A DNA stretch of 64,000 bases from Candidatus Latescibacterota bacterium (GTDB taxonomy: Bacteria; Latescibacterota; UBA2968; UBA8231). This document shows positions 28,324 through 43,814 of the stretch, piece after piece. The notes beneath the pieces were generated by a model. That model was not told the origin of the DNA, searched no databases, and worked only from the letters and a program-made list of their open reading frames with translations. Position 1 is the stretch's first letter. Each line of letters opens with the position of its first letter. Location: positions 1,600,001-1,664,000 of the forward strand of contig CBDAOB010000005.1 of the NCBI GenBank assembly GCA_965197905.1, written 5' to 3'. The position numbers and the translations under genes are program-made.

Positions 28324-28734
28324 ATGGCGCTACTGCTTATGATCGATGACAACCCACAAAGCCGTCGCTACGTGGAACGCATCGTACAGCACCGCACAAC
28401 CCACAAGATAGTGTTTGCCCGCACCAGTGACGAGGGTATCGAAAAGATTGTCGAGCGGCGCCCGGATCTCATTTTTCTCGATCTCTTTCTGCCGGGGATG
28501 GATGGCTTCGAGCTATTCGATCTCCTGCGCAATCATCCAGCAACCGAAAGTATACCGATCGTCGTGCACACCGCTGTTCCGTTGGATCCGATCACCGAGT
28601 TACGTATGAAAAAGGTGCGATGCGAGGGTTTTCTGGAGTTCCCTATTGAGGCCAGTGAGTTCAATAGGGTCATCGATATCGGGCTGAAGAGGAACGAGAT
28701 TTCGGTACAGAAATGGGTGCCGCCGAGCGTCTAG
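28324..28734 (+). CDS. Single-domain response regulator (CheY/DivK-like, conserved Lys missing)
   Basis: IDDN, FLDLFLPGMDG and HTA motifs; FLEFP instead of xxKP. Confidence 0.88.
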   Translation: MALLLMIDDNPQSRRYVERIVQHRTTHKIVFARTSDEGIEKIVERRPDLIFLDLFLPGMDGFELFDLLRNHPATESIPIVVHTAVPLDPITELRMKKVRCEGFLEFPIEASEFNRVIDIGLKRNEISVQKWVPPSV

Positions 28735-28738
28735 CTAA

Positions 28739-29248
28739 CTAGCTATCTGCGGCATCGTCTTCGGGAAAATCGTGCAATCGAGTGATGCGAACGGCCATGA
28801 GATCGGTAACAACCACAACCTCTCCCTCGGCGAACTGCCGACCGTTTATCCGTATGTTGAACGCCTCGCCCGCTAGTTTGTCCAGTTCGATCACGTCCTG
28901 CTCTTTGAGATCGGTAAGCTCACGAACGGTCATCTCCTTCGTGCCCAGTTCGACGGCGATGTCGACTATGACGTTGTTGAGTCGATTGACTCTCTCCGTT
29001 GTCCTGGGAACGACGGTCGTATCCAGCTGGGGGAACTGAATGGCTTTGATTTCGTCGCTGTCGTCGAGCTCGTCGAGGGCATGTCCGCCTTCCGACCATG
29101 CCTGTAACGCCTCCTCAACTCTAGAGATATCGGCAAAAGGCACGGCTCCCGCATCGGGTTGATCCGGGGCCAGATCGTCGAATTGAGCCTCTTCGACCTC
29201 TTCTGCCACAATCGTCTCTTGCTCGACCGTATCCTGGGTTTCGCTCAT
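28739..29248 (-). CDS. fliN: FliN/FliM C-terminal (SpoA) domain protein
   Basis: IQFPQL...VELG...VIELDKLAGE...INGRQFAEGEVVVV...VRIT. Confidence 0.85.
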   Translation of the reverse strand: MSETQDTVEQETIVAEEVEEAQFDDLAPDQPDAGAVPFADISRVEEALQAWSEGGHALDELDDSDEIKAIQFPQLDTTVVPRTTERVNRLNNVIVDIAVELGTKEMTVRELTDLKEQDVIELDKLAGEAFNIRINGRQFAEGEVVVVTDLMAVRITRLHDFPEDDAADS

Positions 29249-29481
29249 GTGCAGCGCCTCAATCCGGTTCGTCCGAACGAGATGAAACGCCCTCTCCGTT
29301 CGAAAATAATGTGGAAACCTCTATAAATCCACTGTTTACATCGTGGCCCGGTGCATCTCGCTCCCTCGCGCGGCATCGCTGGAATCACACCGCCCACCAC
29401 TATATGCATCGGCAGAATCGCCCGTCGCTCGAACCGAAAATCGAACCTCCTAGATGCTCGAGCGGCCAACCACTCAAATTT

Positions 29482-29497
29482 AGCAAGCATTGTGCCA
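29482..29497 (-). promoter_or_regulatory. Sigma-54 (-24/-12) promoter upstream of fliN
   Basis: Minus strand TGGCAC-AATGC-TTGCT matches the consensus TGGCAC-N5-TTGCW. Confidence 0.75.
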
Positions 29498-29651
29498 TGC
29501 CGCAACTCGTTTCGACGACCGGCCACGGGCACCTCCCCGCCCGCTCCATCAAGGTTGTATTCCCCCCCTTGACGATCTAGTGCAATCACTGTAACCGTTT
29601 TCATTTCAACGAGTAACAAAATTATTATAACTTGATCTATGAGGTGTTATC

Positions 29652-30395
29652 GTGTCCGTTTTGGATAATGTTCAGATCGTGCTCGTCAACCCATCGGTGC
29701 CGGGGAACATCGGAGCCACGGCACGGGCTTTAAAGAATACCGGAATAAACCGACTATTGCTGGTAAACCCCGGACCTTGGGATACACCAGATGCTCGGCG
29801 GATCGCCCATGGGTCCGCAGAGATTCTGGATGGGTGTCAAGTTTTTCCTGATCTTCCCGCCGCGATTGCCTCCAGCAGCCTTGTGGTAGGCACGACACAC
29901 CGCCGCGGGCGAGATCGTGAGATAACAGCTGCGGCGGATGTGTTGATCGAACGGATCGTTACAACGGCCCAAAACCAGAGAGTGAGTGTCGTTTTCGGTC
30001 GCGAGAAGGACGGTCTTTGGCTGGACGAGCTACAGTATTGCCACGAACTATTGCATTTCCCAACCGCTGTCGACTACCCCTCCCTCAATCTGTCCCACGC
30101 GGTTCTCTTGACCACCTACAAGCTCTACATCGCTTCGCTTCAGCCCCTGGAGACACCCAGCCCCTCGAGTTTGACCTCTGCCGAAAGGGAGCACCTGAGC
30201 CACCACATCCTGGCGGCTTTGGATGCGATCGATTTCGAACACTACAACGGAGACCCAGACCACTTCATGCGGATCTTGCGGCGGGTTTTGAGCCGCGCGG
30301 AGCTATCTGGAAGAGACGCTGTGGTGCTGCACAAGATCTGCGGGCAGATCGAGAAATTTTCCGTCAGGCAGAGTGGAAGCAGGCCCAAGATTTAG
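29652..30395 (+). CDS. trmJ: TrmJ/LasT-type SPOUT RNA methyltransferase
   Basis: GNIGATARA, VFGREKDGL and YPSLNLSHAV motifs. Confidence 0.88.
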   Translation: MSVLDNVQIVLVNPSVPGNIGATARALKNTGINRLLLVNPGPWDTPDARRIAHGSAEILDGCQVFPDLPAAIASSSLVVGTTHRRGRDREITAAADVLIERIVTTAQNQRVSVVFGREKDGLWLDELQYCHELLHFPTAVDYPSLNLSHAVLLTTYKLYIASLQPLETPSPSSLTSAEREHLSHHILAALDAIDFEHYNGDPDHFMRILRRVLSRAELSGRDAVVLHKICGQIEKFSVRQSGSRPKI

Positions 30396-30408
30396 TTAGA
30401 GAGATGGA

Positions 30409-35243
<4,835 letters not shown>

Positions 35244-35260
<17 letters not shown>

Positions 35261-36371
35261 GTTTCCTCTTCTTGACCCGGGACGGAACAAATGGCAAAGA
35301 AACGACCTCGGCCCGTTTTCTTTGTCCGCGGATCTCTATCTGCAGCTCAGTTCCTTTTCTTGCCTCGGTATTATCGACATAGCCAAGAGCTATTCCGCTT
35401 TTGATTGTCATCGAATAGGTTCCGCTGGTAACCCTGCCCACTTCTTTTTCCTCCGCTGCGAAAACCACCTGCCCCCGCCTGGGAATCCCTTTCTCCAAGA
35501 GCCTCAGCCCAACCAATCGCTGTCTGTCCCCCTGCTCCCGCAACCGCTCCAGCGCCTCTCGGCCGACGAAATCAGCCGTTTTGTCGAGGCGTAGGGTCCA
35601 GCCTAGCCGCGCCTGCAGCGGATCCGTTGAGACGTCGATTTCGTTCCCGTACAAACAGAACCCCATCTCGGTGCGCAGCGTATCGCGACACCCGAGGCCA
35701 CATGGCTCCGCTTCTTTACCAAGCACAGCATCCCAGAGAGCTGCAGCATGGTCGCTCGAACTCACGATTTCGAATCCGTCTTCTCCCGAATAACCGTTGC
35801 GACTGACGAGCAGACTTCCGTACGAACCGGTCATCTCCAAGAAAGTATAGTATGCCAACGACTCTACATCGTCACCGATCAATCCCTGCAGCAACTTCTC
35901 CGACTCGGGGCCTTGTACGGCGACTATAGCTCGCCTCGCGCCAACCGATTCGATCTCGACGTTTGCGAAACGCTCAGCAGCGCCTTCTATCCAACGCAGG
36001 TCTTCCGCTGTCCGGCTGGCGTTCACCACCAGCAGAAACTCGTCAGCATCGAATCGATAAACCGTCAGATCATCGATGATTCCGCCTTGCTCGTTGCAGA
36101 GGACCGAGTACAACATCTGTCCCAGCTCGAGCTTGCCGGGCTCCGCCGGGAGCAGGTACTCCAGGAGGGCGATCGCGTTGCCCTTGGCGATGCGTATCTG
36201 CCCCATATGAGAGACGTCGAACGCACCAACCGCGGTCCGGACCGCCTCATGTTCAGCGCCAATACCGCGGAATTGGACGGGCATCTCCCAACCTGCAAAC
36301 GGTGCCATTCGTGCGCTTCGAGCGAGGTGGTTGGGATGCAATGGTGTCTTGCGAAGCTCAGCTTCCGTCAT
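35244..36371 (-). CDS. gcvT: Glycine cleavage aminomethyltransferase T
   Basis: FAGWEMPV, FDVSHMG, GYSGEDGFE and GLGCRDTLRTEMG motifs. Confidence 0.96.
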
Positions 36372-36375
36372 TTGT

Positions 36376-36981
36376 TCAATCAGAGGCGCAACTCTCACCC
36401 GACAGTTCCCGCCACAAGCTCTCGGCCTCATGTTCCAGATCAGTCAGTGTGCCGTGGTTGTGTATCACGTAGTCTGCCATGGTGCGTTTTGCGTCCGAGG
36501 GCAGCTGAAATGCCATGCGCTTCTCTATCTCCTCGCGTGTCAGCCTTCCTTGACGGATGACTCGCTGAATGCGCTCCTCCTCGTCGGCATCGACCACGAC
36601 GATGACATCGTACGCCTTCTTGTCACCCCACTCAAAGAGCACCGCCGCCTCGACAGCTATGATTCGTTCGCTACTTCTACCGATCTCCTCTACCTCTCTC
36701 CGCAACGCCGAGGACAGCGCCGGTTGAACAATCTGGTTCAACCGTTCATAGCTGTCTCTGTCGGTAAATGCCTTCCGCCCGAGCCGTCGCCGATCGACCT
36801 TGCCGCTTTGGTCGACGATCTCCTCACCGAAACTCTCGAGCAGCCGCTGTTTGACGGAGGTTTGCTCTATGACTCGGTGGCCAATCTGGTCTGCATCGAC
36901 GACCACGGCTCCACGACTGCGGAAATACTCCGTCAGGTATGACTTTCCAGCTCCGATTCCGCCGGTGATTCCGATAAGCAC
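36376..36981 (-). CDS. coaE: Dephospho-CoA kinase
   Basis: IGITGGIGAGKS, DADQIGH and VDRRRLG motifs. Confidence 0.95.
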   Translation of the reverse strand: MLIGITGGIGAGKSYLTEYFRSRGAVVVDADQIGHRVIEQTSVKQRLLESFGEEIVDQSGKVDRRRLGRKAFTDRDSYERLNQIVQPALSSALRREVEEIGRSSERIIAVEAAVLFEWGDKKAYDVIVVVDADEEERIQRVIRQGRLTREEIEKRMAFQLPSDAKRTMADYVIHNHGTLTDLEHEAESLWRELSGESCASD

Positions 36982-37097
36982 GAGAGAGCAGGTTCTCTGT
37001 CAACCAGGATGGCCAGAAGGAGATTCTTGGGGGAGTGAGCGGCCCAACGGCCGTGCTACCGAGGGGAGAGTGGAGCGCCGCAGCGAAACAACCGTCG

Positions 37098-37955
37098 CTA
37101 TCGATCGCCTCTCAAATATTTGAAGAATTCGCTCTCCGCCGGCAATACGAGCACCGTATTGTCGTCCAGAGATTTTTCGTACGCCTCAAGAGTACGGGTA
37201 AACTGGTAGAAGCGTTCGGCATTTCTATAGGCCGCCGCATAGATACGCAGCGCCTCCGCGTCACCTTCACCGCGGATTCCCTGCGCTTTCTCGTATGCTC
37301 CCGCGCTTATGCGTGCCGCATCCAGGTCTGTTATGGCGCGTATCTTGAGGGCCGCTTCTTCCCCTTCGGAGCGATACCCCTTCGCCTCCCGATCGCGCTC
37401 CGCACGCATGCGATCGTAAACCGCCGCTTCGTTTTCTGGAGGCAGATCGGCCCGCTTGATGCGCACGTCGAGAACCTCGATTCCATAGACCCGTGCCGCT
37501 TCGTTGGCGCGCTGGGCCACCAATTGCATGAGCTCTTCTCTGTTGATGGAAACGACTTCCGTCAGATCGTGTTGGCCCAACTCCTTTCGGAGCTCCGAGT
37601 AGATGATATCATCCAGACGGGACTGTCCTTCCTCCGTAGTTCGCAAGGTCTGCATGAACAGTAGCGGATCGACGATTCGCCACCTGGCGTAGTTGTCCAG
37701 GATGAGAATCTTCTTGTCCTTGGTGTAGATCTCCTCGGGGTTGGCGTCGTAGCCCAGCAACCATTTATCGAAGAAGGTTACCTTCTGCACCGGATTGGGA
37801 AGCTTGAAATAAAGTCCAGGTTCGCGCACCACCCGAACCGGTTCACCGAACTGGGTCACGACCCCCTGTTCCCATTCGCCAATGGTAAACGCAACTAGGT
37901 TCAACCCGAAAAGAGCGACCACGATAGCGATGAGGAGGCCGACGGGACCTTTCAT
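37098..37955 (-). CDS. hflC: FtsH modulator HflC
   Basis: SPFH domain; DVRIKRADLP, RMRAER and RGEGDAEA motifs. Confidence 0.95.
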   Translation of the reverse strand: MKGPVGLLIAIVVALFGLNLVAFTIGEWEQGVVTQFGEPVRVVREPGLYFKLPNPVQKVTFFDKWLLGYDANPEEIYTKDKKILILDNYARWRIVDPLLFMQTLRTTEEGQSRLDDIIYSELRKELGQHDLTEVVSINREELMQLVAQRANEAARVYGIEVLDVRIKRADLPPENEAAVYDRMRAERDREAKGYRSEGEEAALKIRAITDLDAARISAGAYEKAQGIRGEGDAEALRIYAAAYRNAERFYQFTRTLEAYEKSLDDNTVLVLPAESEFFKYLRGDR

Positions 37956-38950
37956 TTGTCACCGCCTTTTTGGGTCAGATTCAACAGGTTCAGAAGCCCT
38001 CCGCTGTTGTCGTTTTCAATAACGTACTTTTGCAACGTTGGAAGAATCTTTTCCATCGTTTCGAGATAGAGGCGAGTCTCGGTCACAGCAGGCGCCTTCT
38101 TGTATTCCTCATATACCGAGGCGAAACGGTCTGCGTCACCCTGTGCCCTTCGGACGCGTTCGACCTTATAGCCTTCCGCCGCCTTGAGCGCTTTTTCGGC
38201 CTCACCTCTGGCCTTCGGAATAATGTCGTTCTGGTAACCCTTCGCTTCGTTGATCAGTCGTTCTCTATCCTCTTTGGCGCTAGCCACGTCCTTGAAGGCG
38301 GCGTCGACCTGGCTTGGGGCACTCACCGTCTGCAATTGAACCGTCTCCACTACCAGACCGCATTGGTAACGGTCAAACTGTTCCTGCAATTTTGCTTCAA
38401 TCTCGGTCTGAATCAACAGCTTCCCTTCCGTCAGCGCCTCCTCGATCTTGTGCCGGCCAATTACCTGTCTGAGAGCGGCTTCGCTGGCGTCATGGACCAA
38501 GCCCTGGTTGCGCTCCTCGAACGCTCCGAGCCCCTCCACGTTAAAAAGAGCATCCACTACACTCTTGATGCGATACTGAACCACCATCTCCACATCGATA
38601 ATATTCTCGTCCCCCGTAAGCATTAAGGCTTCCTTCGGAATATCGCGGTAGCGGGCGGGGGGACCCGGGTCGATCGTCCGAAAACCCACCTCGTCGCGAT
38701 AGACCTTGGTAACCGACTTGACGATGACGACCTCGATGGGCGGAGGCAGATGGTAGTGCAGTCCCGGCTCCACCACGTAATGGAGCTTTTTGAAGCGGAG
38801 CACGACCCCTTTTTCATCCGGATCTACCGTGTAAATTCCGCTTAAAAACCATAGAGCGAGCAGAATGCCCACGATCATGTACAGCATCTTTGGGCTCAGG
38901 TTCAGCTGAGGTACGGATTTCTGGCCCGGAAATTCAAACTGTTGTGGCAT
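37952..38950 (-). CDS. hflK: FtsH modulator HflK
   Basis: MLTGDENI, IPKARGEA and RLYLETME motifs. Confidence 0.95.
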   Translation of the reverse strand: MPQQFEFPGQKSVPQLNLSPKMLYMIVGILLALWFLSGIYTVDPDEKGVVLRFKKLHYVVEPGLHYHLPPPIEVVIVKSVTKVYRDEVGFRTIDPGPPARYRDIPKEALMLTGDENIIDVEMVVQYRIKSVVDALFNVEGLGAFEERNQGLVHDASEAALRQVIGRHKIEEALTEGKLLIQTEIEAKLQEQFDRYQCGLVVETVQLQTVSAPSQVDAAFKDVASAKEDRERLINEAKGYQNDIIPKARGEAEKALKAAEGYKVERVRRAQGDADRFASVYEEYKKAPAVTETRLYLETMEKILPTLQKYVIENDNSGGLLNLLNLTQKGGDK

Positions 38951-39129
38951 TCAATCCCTTTCGCGACACACATGCCGGCTGGAGTACCAAAACGGTTGAA
39001 AATCTATGCGGTGTCGATTCGGCTGTCAATCTGTGGAGAGCCACTGTCCGAGCTCGAATGCGTTGACACTCGAGAAACGAAAACGTATTCTCTCGCCGAG
39101 CCACAAGAGGCAACTGAAAGGAATTCTCC

Positions 39130-39741
39130 ATGGCCATTGTGCCAATCGTAATCGAGCAGACGGGAAGGGGCGAGCGCGCCTACGATATATTCTCCATGCT
39201 TTTGAAGGAGAGGATCATCTTCATCGGCTATCCCATTAACGACAGCGAAGCCAACCTCATCGTCGCTCAGCTCCTCTATCTCGCTTCTGAAGATCCCAAT
39301 AAAGACATCTCCATCTACATCAACAGCCCGGGCGGAAGCCTGACAGCCGGGTTGGCCATTTTCGACACGATTCAGCACATAAGCTGCGACGTTCAGACTT
39401 TGTGCGTCGGTCAAGCTTACAGCATGAGCGCCATCTTGCTGGCGGGGGGAACAAAAGGAAAAAGGCATGCCTTGCCCCATTCCCGGTTCATGCTGCACCA
39501 ACCATGGGGCGGGGTTCAGGGTCAAGCATCGGACATAGAGATTCACGCCAAGGAGATCATGGACTGGCGTCAGCGGCTCAATCAGATCCTGGTGGAATCC
39601 ACAGGCCAATCGGTAGAACGTATTGTAGAGGTGACGGAAAGAGACTACTTCCTCTCTCCTGCCGAAGCACTGGAGTTCGGCCTGATCGACACAGTACTCA
39701 CCTCCGAGCGGGAAACCGAGGAGATCGATTCGGGGCCCTAG
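39130..39741 (+). CDS. clpP: ATP-dependent Clp protease proteolytic subunit
   Basis: [24 protein letters not shown] and ERD motifs. Confidence 0.97.
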   Translation: MAIVPIVIEQTGRGERAYDIFSMLLKERIIFIGYPINDSEANLIVAQLLYLASEDPNKDISIYINSPGGSLTAGLAIFDTIQHISCDVQTLCVGQAYSMSAILLAGGTKGKRHALPHSRFMLHQPWGGVQGQASDIEIHAKEIMDWRQRLNQILVESTGQSVERIVEVTERDYFLSPAEALEFGLIDTVLTSERETEEIDSGP

Positions 39742-39742
39742 C

Positions 39743-40632
39743 CTACTCCAGACCTACCACCTGGTTACGCCCTCCCAGTTTCGCCCTGTAGAGTCGCTCA
39801 TCGGCCCGCCGCACCAACTCCTCGACCGATTCCACATCGTCGTTCGGATAGGTGGCGATCCCCATACTGATGGTAACCCTCACTCTTGCACCTCAGGCTC
39901 GAATCGTGCGCTTTCGATTGCGCTAAGTATGCGTTTACCCAAGATCGCGCTACCCCGGGCGTCGGTGTGATTGAGAACCAGGGCAAACTCCTCACCCCCA
40001 TACCGGGCGATCAGATCCTCCCCACGCATCAGCGTTCGCGTCAGGTTGGCTACCCCGCGTATCACCGAATCGCCCACCTGGTGCCCCCACGTGTCGTTGA
40101 TGCTTTTGAACCGATCGATGTCCAGGAGTGCGCAGGAACACGGATGTCCGTAACGCCGTGCCTCTTTCAGCTTCACAGCAACCTGGGCGTCGAGATATCG
40201 TCGGTTATACACCCCGGTGAGTTCATCCACCAGGGCATCGGATTTTAAGTCATCGATCCTCTTCTTGGTGCGCAGACGTGCCGCGATCAGTGCCCCGAGC
40301 TCCCGGGGCTCGAATGGTAGGTCGATAAAATCCGAAGCGCCGGCACGCAGTTCCCTCGCACGAAGCTCCCAGGCGGTATTGCTGCCCAAAAGTATTACCG
40401 GGATGTCGACCTCGCGCGGATCCACCGCCGGCAATGCGGCCACCAGGTCGGTCACCGGCAGAGGCGTCGTTGTCCGATCCACGATGACGAGATCAACCTG
40501 GCGATCGGCCAACGTTACTCGCGCGAGATCCCAGTTTTCGACAATCTTCGCGAATATCCCTTCGTCCTCCAGGGCGCGAAGAGCCCCCCCACGCGATTCG
40601 GGATCGGCGGATATGAACAGTATCTCGCTCAC
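39743..40632 (-). CDS. REC-GGDEF diguanylate cyclase, frameshifted at about 39890
   Basis: DELTG, DIDRFK, RGED I-site and GGEEF; the C-terminus VTISMGIA...ADERLYRAKLGGRNQV continues in another frame to stop 39743. Confidence 0.85.
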
Positions 40633-41657
40633 GCGAGTTGCCTGGGGAACGGGAAGGCGACCACCTCATCGATATCCGCGGAATCGGTGAGCAGCATACA
40701 TAACCGGTCCACCCCCAAAGCGAAACCTCCGGCCGGCGGCATGCCATGTCGCATCATATCCAGAAATTCGGCGTCCATAGGGTAAATAGGATTTCCTGCA
40801 GCTCGGCGTTTTTCTCGTTCCACCAAAAATCGCTTCTCTTGTTCCAACGGATCGTTGAGCTCGCTGAAGCCATTGCCCAACTCGAGGCCGCCTATATAGG
40901 CCTCCACCCTCTCGGCCAGCTCGGGCGCGCCCGGTTTGAACCGTGCCAATGCAGCCATTCGAGCCGGATAGTCGACGATAAATACGGGGCCCATCTCTGA
41001 CAAGGCAGGTTCGACCCGCTCTAGAAACACCTTGAAGAATAATTCGTCCCAGCTGTCGGCTGGATCGGCACTCAAAATCCCGGTTTTGCGCGCCGCGTTG
41101 AGGAAGTCCGCTTCTCGGATGCAGCTTTCGAGGCAAATGTCGGCGTGTTTTGCAAAGGCGTCAGCGACGGTAATTCTCTTCCACGGGAGTGACAACTCGA
41201 GATCCCGCCCCTGATAGGCAACTGAGGTCGATCCGCACACGGTGTGGGCTACGTGGGCGACGAGCTGCTCGACGTCGCTCATGACGTGGACGTAACTGTG
41301 CCGCGCCCTGTACCACTCCAGCATCGAAAATTCGGGATTGCTCGTGGCGGAGGCATCTTCGTCACGAAAACAGTGGCTGATCTGGAATATACGTTCCAAG
41401 CCAGAGCCGAGAAGGCGCTTCATGTGGTGTTCGGGGGAGGTGATTAGGTAGTACTGCGCTTTGGAACCTGCCACGCAAAAGGGCTCGATGGTAGCTTCGG
41501 AACTTGGAGCACGCACCAGTTGGGGTGTGTCTACCTCCAGGAATCCCCGCTCTTCCCAAAATGCGCGTATTGTCCGGACCACTTCACAGCGCACTGCCAT
41601 GTTGTCGCGCAACCGAATCAGGCTGCGGGGGATTTCGCTTGAGGATGGCTTTACCAA
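40629..41657 (-). CDS. epmA: EF-P lysine aminoacylase EpmA/GenX
   Basis: LEVDTP, TSPEHHMKRLL, EFSMLEWYR, ELGNGFSEL and ALGVDRL; no anticodon domain. Confidence 0.92.
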   Translation of the reverse strand: MVKPSSSEIPRSLIRLRDNMAVRCEVVRTIRAFWEERGFLEVDTPQLVRAPSSEATIEPFCVAGSKAQYYLITSPEHHMKRLLGSGLERIFQISHCFRDEDASATSNPEFSMLEWYRARHSYVHVMSDVEQLVAHVAHTVCGSTSVAYQGRDLELSLPWKRITVADAFAKHADICLESCIREADFLNAARKTGILSADPADSWDELFFKVFLERVEPALSEMGPVFIVDYPARMAALARFKPGAPELAERVEAYIGGLELGNGFSELNDPLEQEKRFLVEREKRRAAGNPIYPMDAEFLDMMRHGMPPAGGFALGVDRLCMLLTDSADIDEVVAFPFPRQLA

Positions 41658-41769
41658 GATCTGCTCTGGATATAAAGGCGGCCTGCCTCAGGATGGGCGA
41701 AAGCCGCCTGATACAGGCCTCGGTTGAGCGCTTCGTATGGAGAAAGAAGATTTCAGTACCTAGACATCG

Positions 41770-42999
41770 CTAGGCTCGTTTCCTCCTGAACAAGTATGTC
41801 GGCGGCGCCTTCGACTCGATGAATTCTCGGGTAATCACACATTCCTTGATGTCGTCGCGAGCCGGCAATTCGTACATGATTTCGAACATCGAGGTTTCAA
41901 GGACTGCTCGCAAGCCGCGGGCGCCCATCGATTTTTGCTGCGCCGACTCGACGATTTTTTCCAATGCCTCATCCTCAAAGCGAAGCACGAGACCATCCAT
42001 CTCAAACAGCTTCTGGTACTGCTTCACCAACGCGTTCTTTGGTGTGACGAGGATCTCCATCATGGCGCGATCGCTGAGAGGATGTAGAGTGCTCACTACC
42101 GGCAGGCGACCGATGAGTTCGGGAATCAGACCGTATTGAATCAGATCCTCCGGTTCGACGCGGCTGCATAGCTGAGCATCGTCCAACTCTTCAACCTCGC
42201 CAACCTGACTGCCAAATCCCACAGCTCTCCTCCCGAGCCGCTGGTGCACGATGCGATCGAGGCCGTCAAAGGCCCCACCGCAAACGAACAGAATATTCTT
42301 GGTATTTATCTGTACGAGAGGCTGCTCCGGATGTTTGCGACCCCCCTTTGGCGGCACGCCTGAGATGGTGCCCTCAAGAATCTTCAAGAGTTCCTGTTGC
42401 ACGCCTTCTCCAGATACGTCTCTCGTGATGGACGGATTTCCGGACTTGCGAGCGATCTTGTCGATTTCGTCTACGAAAAGGATTCCCCGCTCAGCCTGCC
42501 TTACATCGTAGTCGGCCGCCTGTAGGATTCGAACGAGGATGTTCTCCACATCCTCCCCTACGTATCCCGCTTCTGTTAATACCGTCGCATCTACAATGGC
42601 AAACGGAACCTGCAGCATTCGGGCTAGGGTTTCCGCAAGGAGTGTCTTGCCGGTGCCAGTGGGACCGATCAAGAGAATGTTGCTCTTGCTCAACTCTACA
42701 TCCGAAGCGCCAGAATATACGCGCTTGTAGTGATTGTAAACGGCAACGGAGAGCGCTTTCTTCGCCCGCTCCTGCCCGATGATATGTTCGTCTAGGTGTT
42801 CCTTGATTTCCGCCGGCTTGGGCAGGGGCTTGCCGTTGAGATTTGGCTCTTGGCGATTTTCCTCATCCAAGACCTCATTACACAGCCCCACACATTCATT
42901 GCAGATGTGGACAGATGGGCCCTGAATGATCTTTTCGACCTGGTCGATGCCCTTGCCGCAAAATGAACAGCTAACGCTGCTACGGGTCTTTTTTAGCAT
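41770..42999 (-). CDS. clpX: Clp protease ATP-binding subunit
   Basis: CSFCGK zinc domain, [18 protein letters not shown] and [11 protein letters not shown] motifs. Confidence 0.98.
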   Translation of the reverse strand: MLKKTRSSVSCSFCGKGIDQVEKIIQGPSVHICNECVGLCNEVLDEENRQEPNLNGKPLPKPAEIKEHLDEHIIGQERAKKALSVAVYNHYKRVYSGASDVELSKSNILLIGPTGTGKTLLAETLARMLQVPFAIVDATVLTEAGYVGEDVENILVRILQAADYDVRQAERGILFVDEIDKIARKSGNPSITRDVSGEGVQQELLKILEGTISGVPPKGGRKHPEQPLVQINTKNILFVCGGAFDGLDRIVHQRLGRRAVGFGSQVGEVEELDDAQLCSRVEPEDLIQYGLIPELIGRLPVVSTLHPLSDRAMMEILVTPKNALVKQYQKLFEMDGLVLRFEDEALEKIVESAQQKSMGARGLRAVLETSMFEIMYELPARDDIKECVITREFIESKAPPTYLFRRKRA

Positions 43000-43018
43000 A
43001 CGTGGATGAAAACCTCTT

Positions 43019-43762
43019 TTAACTCCGGAAACTGGTCGGATTATCCGTAGTATTATCGTCCTCTTGGCGACTCTCATTAGAAACCAAGGAGTCACCCTGC
43101 TCGCTTCCCCCTATTGCTTGCCCTGACGCTTCTTCTTCAATCACTTCTGCCACAACAGGTTCGGGCGAATCGCCAGCAAGCTCTGTTGTCCGCGAGCTGG
43201 ATTCGGAATCTTCTTCGCTTGCGGACACTGGTTCAGCTTGCGGCCGAGCGTCCACCTGATCTTCAACCTCAGACTCCGCGTCCTGAACAGGCTCCCCTGC
43301 CTCATCCGCGTCAGATTCGGTTTCCCCCTTCATTACATTGATCGCCTGGAACCCCTTGGCAGTTTTGGTCACCATAAATTCTACTCGGTCACCTTGTCCA
43401 AGGCTACGATCCCAGGATGAAATGTCGCGCCAGTGCACAAAGACATCGACGTTCCCTTCGGTGGAGATAAAACCGTACCCTTTGTCATTGTTGAACCATT
43501 TCACCGTTCCCTGTATCCACGAGTTCTCCGGCAGCGGATCGGATGAAGAGTCTTGAGGCGCCGAAGCTTCTCGTGGCGCAGGTGCCTCGGCTCTAGATTC
43601 GAATTCTGCGATCGCTTTTCTGAGCTCACTATTTGCTACATCCGCCTCAGAACTGCCCTCTAATAGCCACTCGAAACCAGTAATCAGGCCAACGACGTAC
43701 AGACTATCGGGACCGTACAGCTTCCTCGCATCCGCAATCTTCTTGGCAAGGGCGGTGATCAT
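43019..43762 (-). CDS. Cold-shock domain protein with N-terminal helical extension and acidic tail
   Basis: [15 protein letters not shown]...VFVH (RNP1/RNP2) in the middle of a 247-aa ORF. Confidence 0.88.
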   Translation of the reverse strand: MITALAKKIADARKLYGPDSLYVVGLITGFEWLLEGSSEADVANSELRKAIAEFESRAEAPAPREASAPQDSSSDPLPENSWIQGTVKWFNNDKGYGFISTEGNVDVFVHWRDISSWDRSLGQGDRVEFMVTKTAKGFQAINVMKGETESDADEAGEPVQDAESEVEDQVDARPQAEPVSASEEDSESSSRTTELAGDSPEPVVAEVIEEEASGQAIGGSEQGDSLVSNESRQEDDNTTDNPTSFRS

Positions 43763-43814
43763 ATCACTGCCAACCGAAAATGCGCCGTTCAAAAAGATTC
43801 CTCCTGTGTGGGCC

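Noticed and set aside
29245..29619. 124-aa ORF upstream of fliN
   Set aside because: No recognisable protein features; it spans the sigma-54 promoter and is probably non-coding.
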